Source: an uncultured Bacteroidales bacterium (GTDB taxonomy: Bacteria; Bacteroidota; Bacteroidia; Bacteroidales; JAEINX01). From it: a stretch of 64,000 nucleotides of DNA. Position numbers and translations under genes: made by a program. The notes beneath the pieces are model-generated. The model had not been told where the DNA came from, did not search any database, and saw only the letters and a list, made by a program, of their open reading frames with translations. Positions 36,162 to 45,839 of this stretch are shown piece by piece. How positions within the stretch are numbered: the first letter of the stretch is position 1; each line of letters opens with the position of its first letter. The stretch covers positions 233 to 64,232 of the forward strand of contig CAYWXI010000026.1 of assembly GCA_964462015.1 (NCBI GenBank). Reading direction: 5' to 3'.

Positions 36162-36224
36162 GAAATTGGAAATTAGAAATTGGAAATTCTGTTGCTCCTG
36201 AATTTCCAATTTCTAATTTCCAAC
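36162..36224. repeat. GAAATT-word hairpin (family member 3) with a 24-bp perfect stem, abutting the batB stop codon
   Basis: TTGGAAATTAGAAATTGGAAATTC (36166-36189), 10-nt loop, GAATTTCCAATTTCTAATTTCCAA (36200-36223). The batB stop codon is at 36225-36227. No U-tract follows on either strand. Confidence 0.85.
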
Positions 36225-37256
36225 TTATCTATCAAATAATTTAATCTTCATCATTAATTTACTTTTCTTTTCATAAATCAAGAACTCAATTATTAAAAAC
36301 AATATTGCAACAGCGAGAAAATACTGAAACCTGTCTTCATAATCGGAAAACATCTTACTTTCGTACTCGGTTTTTTCAAGTTTATTGATTTCTTTAAATA
36401 TTTTTACCAGGCCTGCCTGAGAATTATTTGCCCTTACATAGCTACCGTTTCCTGCGACTGCAATTTGCTGAAGCATTGATTCATTTAATTTTGTAATAAT
36501 GGTTTGATTTTTATTATCTTTCTTAAAACCAACTTGTTTATCATATTTATTATAAATTGGGATTGGACCTCCGTCGGGCAAACCCATTCCTATTGTGTAA
36601 ATTGATATTCCCAGTTCGGCTGCAGCTTGGGCTTCTTCCATTGCATTCCCTTCATGGTTTTCACCATCGGTGATAATAATTATGGCTTTGCTATGGTCAT
36701 TGTCATCAAATGAGCCGACAGCAAGCTGAATTGCATCGCCAATTGCAGTTCCCTGAACAGGAACAATATCAGGTGTAATTGTCGATAAAAACAATTTTGC
36801 AGCAGCATAATCGGTAGTGATTGGTAGCTGGATAAAAGCTTTACCGGCAAATACAATTATTCCTATCCTGTCATTATTTAGTTTGTCGATAAGATTAGAT
36901 ACCGCATGCCTTGCACTTTCAAGCCTGCTTGGCTTTATATCCTGAGCAAGCATGCTGTTTGAAACATCAATAGCAATAACAATATCAATTCCTTTTCTTT
37001 CAATTTTTTCCAATTTTGAACCTATTTGAGGATTTGCAAGAGCCAGAATCAGGAAGGTATAAGCAAACATCATCAGTACAAATTTCAAAACAGGTTTGCT
37101 TTTTGAAGTAAATGGAATCAGTTGCTTTAAAATTGAAATCTCACCGAATTTTTTTATAGTTTTTTTCTTCCAGGCTAGCATCAAACTGAATAACAGAACA
37201 AAAACAGGAATTAAAAATAATCCGTAAAGAAAATATATGTGTTCAAATCTTATCAT
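36225..37256 (-). CDS. batB: VWA domain-containing protein BatB
   Basis: N-terminal TM segments, a VWA MIDAS motif (DVSNSM) and a C-terminal TM segment. Confidence 0.8.
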   Translation of the reverse strand: MIRFEHIYFLYGLFLIPVFVLLFSLMLAWKKKTIKKFGEISILKQLIPFTSKSKPVLKFVLMMFAYTFLILALANPQIGSKLEKIERKGIDIVIAIDVSNSMLAQDIKPSRLESARHAVSNLIDKLNNDRIGIIVFAGKAFIQLPITTDYAAAKLFLSTITPDIVPVQGTAIGDAIQLAVGSFDDNDHSKAIIIITDGENHEGNAMEEAQAAAELGISIYTIGMGLPDGGPIPIYNKYDKQVGFKKDNKNQTIITKLNESMLQQIAVAGNGSYVRANNSQAGLVKIFKEINKLEKTEYESKMFSDYEDRFQYFLAVAILFLIIEFLIYEKKSKLMMKIKLFDR

Positions 37257-37362
37257 TTTTTTATTTTGTTTTAATATGAATTATTGTGCAAGTCCGAAGA
37301 CAGAAGTCCGAAGTCGGAAATATCCAGCATCTTGTATCTTGTATCCTGTATCTTGCATCTTG

Positions 37363-38358
37363 CTATGGTGTTGTTTTATAAATAGTATTTCTTAAAATAA
37401 TTTCAAAAGCAAATAAAGCTATAGCTATCAAGGCAAAAATCAAATATTCTTCTTTCTTTTTTTTGAATTCGGTTACATCAATTTTTGATTTTTCGAGTTT
37501 ATCGATCTCACCGTAAATTTCACGAAGTTTCTTATTACTTGTTGCTCTGAAATATTTACCTTCGGTAAGTTGAGCAACCTCTTTTAGAAGTGCTTCATCA
37601 ATTTGCACTTCCATATCCTGATATTGTTTACCGAAAGGTGTTTGAACCGGGTATGGTGCCGTACCAAGTGAACCAACACCAATAGTATAAACTCTTACAC
37701 CGTATAATTTTGCAATTTCGGCTGCCGAAAGTGGGTCGAGCGAACCCATATTATTAACCCCATCAGTAAGTAGAATAATAACTTTACTGATTGCTTTACT
37801 GTCTTTTAGCCTGTTAACTGATGTTGCCAAACCATCACCAATTGCGGTACCATCTTCAATCATTCCGCTTTTAATATCTTTAAACAGGTTTCTGATAACT
37901 GCATGATCAGTAGTTAAAGGGCATTGAGTGAATGTTTCACCACTGAAAACCACAAGCCCTACTCTATCGTTTGGCCTGCCCTGAATAAATTCGGAGGCAA
38001 CATTTTTTGCGGCTTCTAAGCGGTTTGGTTTAAAATCTTCGGCAAGCATACTTCCTGAAATGTCAATTGACATTACAATATCAATACCTTCGATGGTTAC
38101 ATCCTGGCTGCTTGAACTTGTTTGGGGGCGGGCAAAAGCAATTATCAATAATGCAAGCACCAACATTCTGATTATAAACAAACCATGATAAAGCCTTTGC
38201 CTTAAACTTAATGGAGTATTCTCAAATCCGGCAGTTGTTGAAAGCTGGATATCAGGTTTATATTTTTTTCGTTTGTACCAATACCAAACACAAAGTAAAG
38301 GTATTACCAGTAAAAGGTACAGAAAATATGGTTGAGCAAATTCTATTTCTCTTAGCAT
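37363..38358 (-). CDS. batA: VWA domain-containing protein BatA
   Basis: N-terminal TM segments, the VWA motif MSIDISGSM...LLTDGVNN and a C-terminal TM segment. Confidence 0.8.
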   Translation of the reverse strand: MLREIEFAQPYFLYLLLVIPLLCVWYWYKRKKYKPDIQLSTTAGFENTPLSLRQRLYHGLFIIRMLVLALLIIAFARPQTSSSSQDVTIEGIDIVMSIDISGSMLAEDFKPNRLEAAKNVASEFIQGRPNDRVGLVVFSGETFTQCPLTTDHAVIRNLFKDIKSGMIEDGTAIGDGLATSVNRLKDSKAISKVIILLTDGVNNMGSLDPLSAAEIAKLYGVRVYTIGVGSLGTAPYPVQTPFGKQYQDMEVQIDEALLKEVAQLTEGKYFRATSNKKLREIYGEIDKLEKSKIDVTEFKKKKEEYLIFALIAIALFAFEIILRNTIYKTTP

Positions 38359-38360
38359 TT

Positions 38361-39374
38361 TTAATTATTTTTTTCAGTTTCTTTGAGCTTGGAAGCTACA
38401 GTTTCACTTTTTTCAGAAGCTATTTCAATTCTTTCAATTGTCTCTCTTACAAATGCTATTGCATTGATCAAACTCAGATCCTGTTGAGCAGGCAATGGTT
38501 TTTCTTTTGCAAATTTTACGAGGTCGGCTAAAACCAGCATCTCTTTAAGTTTAACTTTCAGTTCATTGGATATTTGTAGATTTTTTACAGCCGATAAAAT
38601 TTCATCGGTAGTCATTTCTATTGCATTTATTCCGAATCTTTCTTCAAGATACCTCCTGATAATATCAGTCAGGATTGTGTGATAAGCTTTAGTTTTTCCA
38701 CTTTGCCATAATTTTTCTTTCCTCAGATTTTCCAATGCATTTAAAGCAATAATATGAGGTGGTAGTTTGGGTTTAGGTTTAGCTTTGAATAAAGGTTCGT
38801 TTTTTTTCCGCTTTATCAGAAAATAAATTAAAAATGCTATTAATAATAATGCAACGGCCCCTCCAATAATCCAGGGTAAAATCTCCTTAAACGTCAAAGG
38901 AGCTTTTACAGGCCCTTTTATTGGGAAAATCCCTTTTGTTGTATCAATAGTAATCGTGTAAACCTCAAGATATAACGGATATGTTTCAAGAGAAAACTTT
39001 GTAGTATCCTCAGGCTTGGAATATTCAAAGCGAAAAGGTGGAATCTCATAAAATCCCGAATCGAATGATGTTATTTTTATTTTTTGCAAAAGAGTTTTAT
39101 ATGTTTTATCATCCGAGAAAATAGTATCAATTTTTGATTTTTCTATAATTTCGACATCCTTAGTTAAAGTATCCAATATTTGTGGCCAATAAATTTTATT
39201 ATTTGCCGGAAAAGATGCTTTCAGATTCAAATTAATCTGATCTCCAATCAAAATTGCTGTAGAATCCAGATCAGCGCCAACATAAGTTGTTTGAGCATAA
39301 ATAAAATCTCCACCGATAATTAATATCAAAAATAATAGACTCTTGAAATTTAATTTTAAATATTTTTTCTCCAT
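38361..39374 (-). CDS. Bat-operon membrane protein (DUF4381-like C-terminal region)
   Basis: 337 aa with a signal peptide and a central TM segment. It sits between DUF58 and batA, as in Bacteroides bat operons. Confidence 0.45.
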   Translation of the reverse strand: MEKKYLKLNFKSLLFLILIIGGDFIYAQTTYVGADLDSTAILIGDQINLNLKASFPANNKIYWPQILDTLTKDVEIIEKSKIDTIFSDDKTYKTLLQKIKITSFDSGFYEIPPFRFEYSKPEDTTKFSLETYPLYLEVYTITIDTTKGIFPIKGPVKAPLTFKEILPWIIGGAVALLLIAFLIYFLIKRKKNEPLFKAKPKPKLPPHIIALNALENLRKEKLWQSGKTKAYHTILTDIIRRYLEERFGINAIEMTTDEILSAVKNLQISNELKVKLKEMLVLADLVKFAKEKPLPAQQDLSLINAIAFVRETIERIEIASEKSETVASKLKETEKNN

Positions 39375-39460
39375 CTAAATAATATAACTATATAACAATT
39401 TAACAATTTGCATTTTATAATATATAATGATAAAATTCATTAAACCCAATTTTATTAACT

Positions 39461-40336
39461 TTAAATCCTCGCTTCCCGTTTTTTAAACATATTAATAAGT
39501 GGTTTAACATAATCCTGATCAGTACGGATCTTAGCCACATCAACACCACTTCGGTTAAAAATATCGGAAAGATATTTATCTTTCTCCATTGCCCAATTCA
39601 TAAAGTTTCTTCTCACTTTAGAATCAGCAGTATCAACCCACATCTTTTTTCCTGTTTCGGCATTCTTAACCTGAATTAAACCAACATTCGGAATTTCAAC
39701 TTCTCTTTTATCAAAAATCCTGACTGCGATCAGATCATGTTTTTTATTTGCAATTCTAATTGCATCATCAAAACCTTTATCAATGAAATCGGACAAAATA
39801 AAAGCCGTACAACGTTTTTTAATAACATTTGTCAAATACCTAAGTGCTTCAGCAATATTTGTTTCACGATTGTCGGGTTTAAAATCAATTAGCTCACGTA
39901 TGATCCTTAAAATGTGTGTTGTTCCTTTCTTAGGAGGAATGAATTTTTCAATTCTGTTACTAAAAAAGATCACTCCAACTTTATCGTTATTTTGAATTGC
40001 CGAAAAGGCAAGAACAGCGGCTATTTCGGTGATCATTTCCTCTTTTAGTTGTTTTTGAGTCCCGAATTCATTGGAACCGCTGACATCAATTAGTAACATT
40101 ACTGTTAGCTCACGTTCTTCGTCAAAAATTTTAATATAAGGATGATTAAAACGTGCTGTAACATTCCAGTCGATACTCCTGATATCATCTCCATATTGAT
40201 ATTCTCTAACCTCGCTGAAAGCCATACCTCTTCCTTTGAAAACACTATGATATTGTCCTGAGAATATCTGATTAGAAAGTCCCCGGGTCTTTATTTCTAT
40301 TTTTCTTACTTTCTTAAATATTTCAGCAGTTTCCAC
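39461..40336 (-). CDS. DUF58 domain-containing protein
   Basis: Sequence GQYHSVFKGRGMAFSEVREYQYGDDIRSIDWNVTAR. It follows the MoxR ATPase. Confidence 0.85.
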   Translation of the reverse strand: METAEIFKKVRKIEIKTRGLSNQIFSGQYHSVFKGRGMAFSEVREYQYGDDIRSIDWNVTARFNHPYIKIFDEERELTVMLLIDVSGSNEFGTQKQLKEEMITEIAAVLAFSAIQNNDKVGVIFFSNRIEKFIPPKKGTTHILRIIRELIDFKPDNRETNIAEALRYLTNVIKKRCTAFILSDFIDKGFDDAIRIANKKHDLIAVRIFDKREVEIPNVGLIQVKNAETGKKMWVDTADSKVRRNFMNWAMEKDKYLSDIFNRSGVDVAKIRTDQDYVKPLINMFKKREARI

Positions 40337-40608
40337 TCGTTATTTTTGATTTTTAATTGTTTATTTTTAATTGGCACTTAAATCTAAAATCTCAATTCCC
40401 CTAATCCAGATACTGGAAATGATAAATATCAAAAAACAAAATACAAATAAATTCCAAATTTATAAATTCTAAAATTCCAAACCATCTCTTATCTATAGTG
40501 AGCAATTTGTGATTTTTATATTGAATTTTGTGATTTATTTGATTTTTGATCATTGTGATTTATTATTTTCTGTCAAAAAAAGTAGAATGTTAGATTAGAA
40601 ATAAGTTA

Positions 40609-41601
40609 CTAAGGTACTTCAACCGTGTTGAGAATTTCATTAATAATATCTTCGGTTGTAATATTTTCAGCTTCCGCTTCATATGTCAAACCTATTCGAT
40701 GACGCATTACATCATTTGCCACAGCCCGGATGTCTTCAGGAATTACATATCCTCGTCGTTTGAGGAAAGCATAAGCTTTCGCAGCCAGAGCAAGATTGAT
40801 ACTTGCACGCGGTGAAGCACCGTAATGGATCAAGCCATCAAACTTTTTCAATTTATATTCAGCCGGATAACGTGAAGAAAATACAATATCGGTAATATAA
40901 TTCTCAATTTTTTCATCAAGGTAAACTTCCCTTACAACCTCTCTTGCTTTTATAATATCGGTGGTTTTTAAAACCGAATTTGTTGAAGCAAAAGTATTGG
41001 TAATATTTTGCCTGATAATTGCTTTCTCTTCCTCTTTTTCCGGATAACCTATAACTACTTTAAGCATAAAACGGTCAACCTGAGCTTCAGGTAAAGGATA
41101 AGTTCCTTCCTGCTCGATAGGGTTTTGAGTTGCCAGAACAAGAAAAGGTTCGGTTAAAGAATACGTGCTATCACCGATTGTAACCTGTCGTTCCTGCATA
41201 GCTTCAAGCAAAGCACTTTGAACTTTTGCAGGTGAACGGTTTATTTCGTCGGCGAGGATAAAGTTTGCGAATATGGGGCCCTTTCTTACAACAAATTCCT
41301 CTTTTTTCTGACTGTAGATCAATGTTCCGATGAGGTCGGCAGGTAAAAGATCGGGAGTGAATTGTATTCGACTGAATTTTGCATCAATTGTATTTGCAAG
41401 AGATGTTATGGCTAATGTTTTGGCCAGGCCGGGAACTCCTTCAAGTAAAATGTGCCCGTTTGACAACATTCCAATCAAAAGACGTTCTATCATATGTTTT
41501 TGCCCGATTATCACTTTGTGCATTTCCATGTTAATCATGTCAACAAAAGCACTTTCTTTCTCGATTCTTTCGTTTAATTCTTTAATATTAGTTTGCATCA
41601 T
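40609..41601 (-). CDS. MoxR family AAA+ ATPase
   Basis: Sequence GHILLEGVPGLAKT...ILADEINRSPAKVQSALLEAMQE...ATQNPIEQEGTYPLPEAQVDRF. Confidence 0.9.
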   Translation of the reverse strand: MMQTNIKELNERIEKESAFVDMINMEMHKVIIGQKHMIERLLIGMLSNGHILLEGVPGLAKTLAITSLANTIDAKFSRIQFTPDLLPADLIGTLIYSQKKEEFVVRKGPIFANFILADEINRSPAKVQSALLEAMQERQVTIGDSTYSLTEPFLVLATQNPIEQEGTYPLPEAQVDRFMLKVVIGYPEKEEEKAIIRQNITNTFASTNSVLKTTDIIKAREVVREVYLDEKIENYITDIVFSSRYPAEYKLKKFDGLIHYGASPRASINLALAAKAYAFLKRRGYVIPEDIRAVANDVMRHRIGLTYEAEAENITTEDIINEILNTVEVP

Positions 41602-41762
41602 AGTACTTTAAAATTTTTATCTTTTTAACGCAAATATAAATCATCATATTTTATGATTTTTGGTGCTTTATGTTAAAAGATGTTAAACGTTTTGTTAAGA
41701 ATTGTTAAAAGAAAACTTTGTACTTTTATCCCTTTCTATTTAAACATAAACAATGCCGAAAA

Positions 41763-42260
41763 ATGAAAATCAGAGAAGCAACTTTCGACGATATTTATTC
41801 AATTAATGATATTTATAATCAATCAATTCCATCGAAAATATCAACTGCTGATATTTTACCGGTGCCAATCTCAAAACGAAAAAAATGGTTAAAAGACCAT
41901 CAAAAGCAAAATTACCCGGTTTTTGTTGCTGAAATAAACGGCGAAGTTATTGGATGGATATCTTTGAGTCCATACCGACCAGGCAGGCTTGCTTTGAAAC
42001 AAACGGCTGAAGTCAGCTATTTTATTAAAAAAGAGCATCAAAAAATGGGTATTGGTACAAAATTGATGAATCTAATCATTAAAGAATCACCTGAATATGG
42101 GTTTAAAAACATTTTTGCTATCCTTTTAGATCGCAATATTGCAAGTATTAAGCTTTTAGAAAAATTAGGTTTTGAGAGATGGGCATTTCTCCCAAAGGTG
42201 GCTAATTTTGATGGAACTGAATGCGGACAATTTTACTATGGAAAAAGAATTTTTGATTAA
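41763..42260 (+). CDS. GNAT family N-acetyltransferase (phosphinothricin-acetyltransferase-like)
   Basis: Begins MKIREATFDDIYSINDIYN and contains HQKMGIGTKLM. The ATG at 41763 is preferred over the track start. Confidence 0.75.
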   Translation: MKIREATFDDIYSINDIYNQSIPSKISTADILPVPISKRKKWLKDHQKQNYPVFVAEINGEVIGWISLSPYRPGRLALKQTAEVSYFIKKEHQKMGIGTKLMNLIIKESPEYGFKNIFAILLDRNIASIKLLEKLGFERWAFLPKVANFDGTECGQFYYGKRIFD

Positions 42261-42264
42261 TTAT

Positions 42265-42957
42265 TTAGTCGCTTGTTAAACGATAACCACTTCCGTGGAT
42301 ATTAATAATTTCAATTGAATTATCATCCTTAAAATATTTCCTTAATTTGGTGATAAACACATCCATACTTCTTGTTGTAAAGTAGTTATCTTCACCCCAG
42401 ATGGATTTTAAAGCTTTTTCGCGTGGCAGAATATCATCAGCATGCAGACATAAAAGCTTTAATAATTCTGCTTCTTTTGGCGAAATCTTTGTTTTTTTGT
42501 CATTCAAATAAATAGCTCTCAAAATATAATTGAAAGTATATTTTCCAATCCTGAAAACATCTTTACTTATTTGATTTTTAGGAATTTTGTTTCTTTTTAA
42601 AATGGCATTAATTTTACAAAGCAAAACTTCCGAATCGAAGGGTTTTGTAATATAATCATCGGCTCCAATTTTAAATCCTTTCAAAATATCTGATTTTAAT
42701 GATTTTGCAGTAAGAAAAATTAAAGGAATATCCTGATCTATATTCCTCATTTGCTTTGCAATTTCAAAACCGTCAATGTTTGGAAGCATCACATCAAGGA
42801 TACAGATGTTAAATTTTTCCTGATCGAATTCCGAGATGGCATTTATTCCGTCATCAACCCACGTAACATTGTAATGGTGGATTTCGAGATAAGATTTTAG
42901 CACTGCGCCGAAATTATGATCATCCTCAACAAGTAAAACTTTAAACTGTTTTTCCAT
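42265..42957 (-). CDS. OmpR-family response regulator
   Basis: Receiver domain (KVLLVEDD...ILDVMLP) plus a winged-helix output domain (...IHGSGYRL). The start MEKQFKV at 42957 is preferred. Confidence 0.85.
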   Translation of the reverse strand: MEKQFKVLLVEDDHNFGAVLKSYLEIHHYNVTWVDDGINAISEFDQEKFNICILDVMLPNIDGFEIAKQMRNIDQDIPLIFLTAKSLKSDILKGFKIGADDYITKPFDSEVLLCKINAILKRNKIPKNQISKDVFRIGKYTFNYILRAIYLNDKKTKISPKEAELLKLLCLHADDILPREKALKSIWGEDNYFTTRSMDVFITKLRKYFKDDNSIEIINIHGSGYRLTSD

Positions 42958-44479
42958 TTCTATAATTATTAAATGGTAAGAAAATTTCAAATTTACTACC
43001 TTTTCCAACCTCACTTTTTACTGAAATATTACCGTCATAAGCTTTAATAATAGCTTTTACATAACTTAATCCCAAACCAAATCCTTTTATATTATGAATA
43101 TTACCTGTTGAAATCCTGTAAAATTTGTCAAAAATTTTACTCTGAGTTTCTTTTGACATTCCTATTCCTTTGTCTTCAACCGAAATAATAATTCCCGAAG
43201 AATTATTCATGGTTTTCACAAATATCTCCGGTGTGTTTTTCGAATACTTATTTGCATTATCAAGAAGATTGAAAATCACATTAGCAAAATAAACTTTATC
43301 AAGGAAAAATTCATGCTTATCTGCCATTAACTCTACATGAATTAAACCTTTCCGATTTTCAACTTGAAGCCTGATGTTTTTTACAGTCGTTTTGATTACT
43401 TCATGAACATCAATCAGTTGCTTCCTAAACTCAAGTTCTCTTTTGTCAATTAACGACATTTGAAGAACATTTTCAACCTGTGAATTCATTCTTTTATTTT
43501 CTTCCTTAATAATATCCGTAAAATATTGGATTTGCTTTTTATCTTCAATTATTTGTGGATTTTTTATTGAATCAACGGCAAGCGAAATTGTTGCAATCGG
43601 AGTCTTAAATTCATGGGTCATATTGTTAATAAAATCCGATTTGATTTCGGATATTTTCTTTTGCTTCAAAATTATTTTTATTGTAATCGAGAAAGTTATA
43701 AGAATTATCAGCGTAAAAATTATTGATCCTGTAAGTAATAATGCAATTGATCTGAAAATATGATTGTTTTTATTTGGGAAATGCAGGAAAAGAATATTTG
43801 AATTGTTGTATATGTTTTCTGGAAATAAATTTGTTTTATATTTTTTATCAAGATTTGTATTCGAAAAACCTATTGAGGAATACAAATAAGATGAGTCGTT
43901 TTCAGTATCGGTAATTGCAAATTCATAATCAAGATTGATATTCATTCTATCAAGTTCGTTATATAAAACAGTATCAATTTTCTCGATTTTTATTCGTGAT
44001 TTGAAGGGCTGATCATGTGTTTCGTACTCAAACAATATTTGATTTACTACTTTAGTAAGCTTGTTTGCTTCATACCTTATTCTTTTTATTTTTTTTTCTT
44101 TTAAATTATTTTCATTGGTAATCACAATTCTATCAAACAATTTTAATTCATCATCATTGTCAATTAATAACGTTGAGCTTTTTGAATGATATGGCCTGAA
44201 TCGTAATATATTAGTATCTTGTGATATAAGATATTTCCCATTATAGTGAATATCAAATGTATCGGGGTAGCTAATGACAAATTTCTCATTAAGTTGATTT
44301 AATGCTTCTTTGGTTTCAAGTCTTTCGACTGTTGACCTAAGAGCTTCGTTAACTGCCCTGTCAAACAACTCTTCTTTTTCTTTAATTGCATTTTTAATCC
44401 AAAACAATTGCACAATTATAATTCCAATCAATGAAATACTCATTAAGAAAATTATTATAATTATTTGTTTCTTATTCAT
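42941..44479 (-). CDS. Sensor histidine kinase
   Basis: Two TM segments, the H-box FINNMTHEFKTPI, N/G boxes (LDNANKY, DKGIGM, GFGLGLSYV), and a 17-nt overlap with the response regulator gene. Confidence 0.85.
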   Translation of the reverse strand: MNKKQIIIIIFLMSISLIGIIIVQLFWIKNAIKEKEELFDRAVNEALRSTVERLETKEALNQLNEKFVISYPDTFDIHYNGKYLISQDTNILRFRPYHSKSSTLLIDNDDELKLFDRIVITNENNLKEKKIKRIRYEANKLTKVVNQILFEYETHDQPFKSRIKIEKIDTVLYNELDRMNINLDYEFAITDTENDSSYLYSSIGFSNTNLDKKYKTNLFPENIYNNSNILFLHFPNKNNHIFRSIALLLTGSIIFTLIILITFSITIKIILKQKKISEIKSDFINNMTHEFKTPIATISLAVDSIKNPQIIEDKKQIQYFTDIIKEENKRMNSQVENVLQMSLIDKRELEFRKQLIDVHEVIKTTVKNIRLQVENRKGLIHVELMADKHEFFLDKVYFANVIFNLLDNANKYSKNTPEIFVKTMNNSSGIIISVEDKGIGMSKETQSKIFDKFYRISTGNIHNIKGFGLGLSYVKAIIKAYDGNISVKSEVGKGSKFEIFLPFNNYRNGKTV

Positions 44480-44622
44480 AGCTCAAAGGTAGGAATTCTT
44501 GATTTGACCGTAAAAACTTTAACCTTTCCTTAACTTTTTTTAACCAGGCTTTAACTATTAAGCGTCTGAAGTCTTGATAGTTTTGTAAAGAGAATTTATT
44601 ATAAATTAAAACTACAAAAAAA

Positions 44623-45546
44623 ATGAAACGAATTAATTTATTTTCCTTAGTAATAACAACTACGATAATATTTGGAGTATTATTTCAAACGCCAATATCA
44701 GCCCAGGAAGTTAAGAAAACAAAAAAAACAAAAGAAATTATTTTAATTTCCGATGATGATGATAATGACGATTTAAAAACAATTTCTTTTTCGGTTTATG
44801 ATGATGAATTAATCGGAAAAGATCTCGTTCATTATACATTAAATAATGATTTTAGCGACAGTGCAATTAATGCACTTAAAGAAAAACTATCAGAACATGG
44901 ATTAGACATTAATGTGTCGAAAGAAAATGGTGATGTGAAAATTTGCATTAATTCGGACACAGTTAATTTATCAGATGAAAGCCATATGAAAGTCATTAAA
45001 AGAATAAAAACTTGTCGTGACGATTCGGTTAAAAAAATAAAATATATTATTTCTGGTGATAAAGATTGCAAAGAAATTATTGAGGAAGAATTAATCTTTG
45101 AAAAAGGATCATGGACTGCTATTGCACCTGATGGAGGAGTAAAAGAACTGATTATCAAATATTGTTTTGACTCAATGGATAATAGTGGGAGTTTGTCGGA
45201 AATCATTCATAAGGAGATTAAAATCCTTGATATTAAATCTTTAGCTGAAGGCGACAGCTGCCTAAAAATTCTTTTGAAGTGCGATGATGATGGAAAAAAC
45301 ATTATCAAAAAAATAAAAATTGAAATGGATAAAGATTGTAACGAAAAGACATTTCATATTTATTCATCTGATGAAGGGGAGATAAAACTTGATGGTGATT
45401 GTAAAATTATTATTTTTAAAAACGAAGATGATTGCAAATCAAGAGTTAAGATTTTGGTTAATGATGAAGAAGCTGAAAAAGTAGGCAAAGACTCAAAAAA
45501 AGAAGAAAAGAAAAAAGATAAAAAGAAAAGAAAAAAGACAGACTGA
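44623..45546 (+). CDS. Hypothetical secreted D/K/E-rich protein with recurrent Cys-containing modules
   Basis: Has a signal peptide and repeated DxDC/KxC contexts (DKDCKEI, DKDCNEK, DGDCKII, EDDCKSR). The tail is lysine-rich. Confidence 0.4.
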   Translation: MKRINLFSLVITTTIIFGVLFQTPISAQEVKKTKKTKEIILISDDDDNDDLKTISFSVYDDELIGKDLVHYTLNNDFSDSAINALKEKLSEHGLDINVSKENGDVKICINSDTVNLSDESHMKVIKRIKTCRDDSVKKIKYIISGDKDCKEIIEEELIFEKGSWTAIAPDGGVKELIIKYCFDSMDNSGSLSEIIHKEIKILDIKSLAEGDSCLKILLKCDDDGKNIIKKIKIEMDKDCNEKTFHIYSSDEGEIKLDGDCKIIIFKNEDDCKSRVKILVNDEEAEKVGKDSKKEEKKKDKKKRKKTD

Positions 45547-45839
45547 AAAGGCGAATAACAAATACTTTTCTTTATTTATTTTGATTTAGGAAATAAAGGA
45601 ATTTTGGCAAATAATCATTGAATGACAATGAAAGATCTGCTCTGATTAAAACTACAGCAACTAACCAACTGTATTACATTTTATTTTATATATTTCTATC
45701 GTATTACAATTGTATTTCTTTCGTACATAAAGTATCCATAATTCCGAGAAAGATATTAACAACAGGCATTTGATAAATATTTTGAAAAGCATCAAAATCT
45801 ATTATTGTAATGATTATTTTTGCAGCCTAAAAAAATAAG

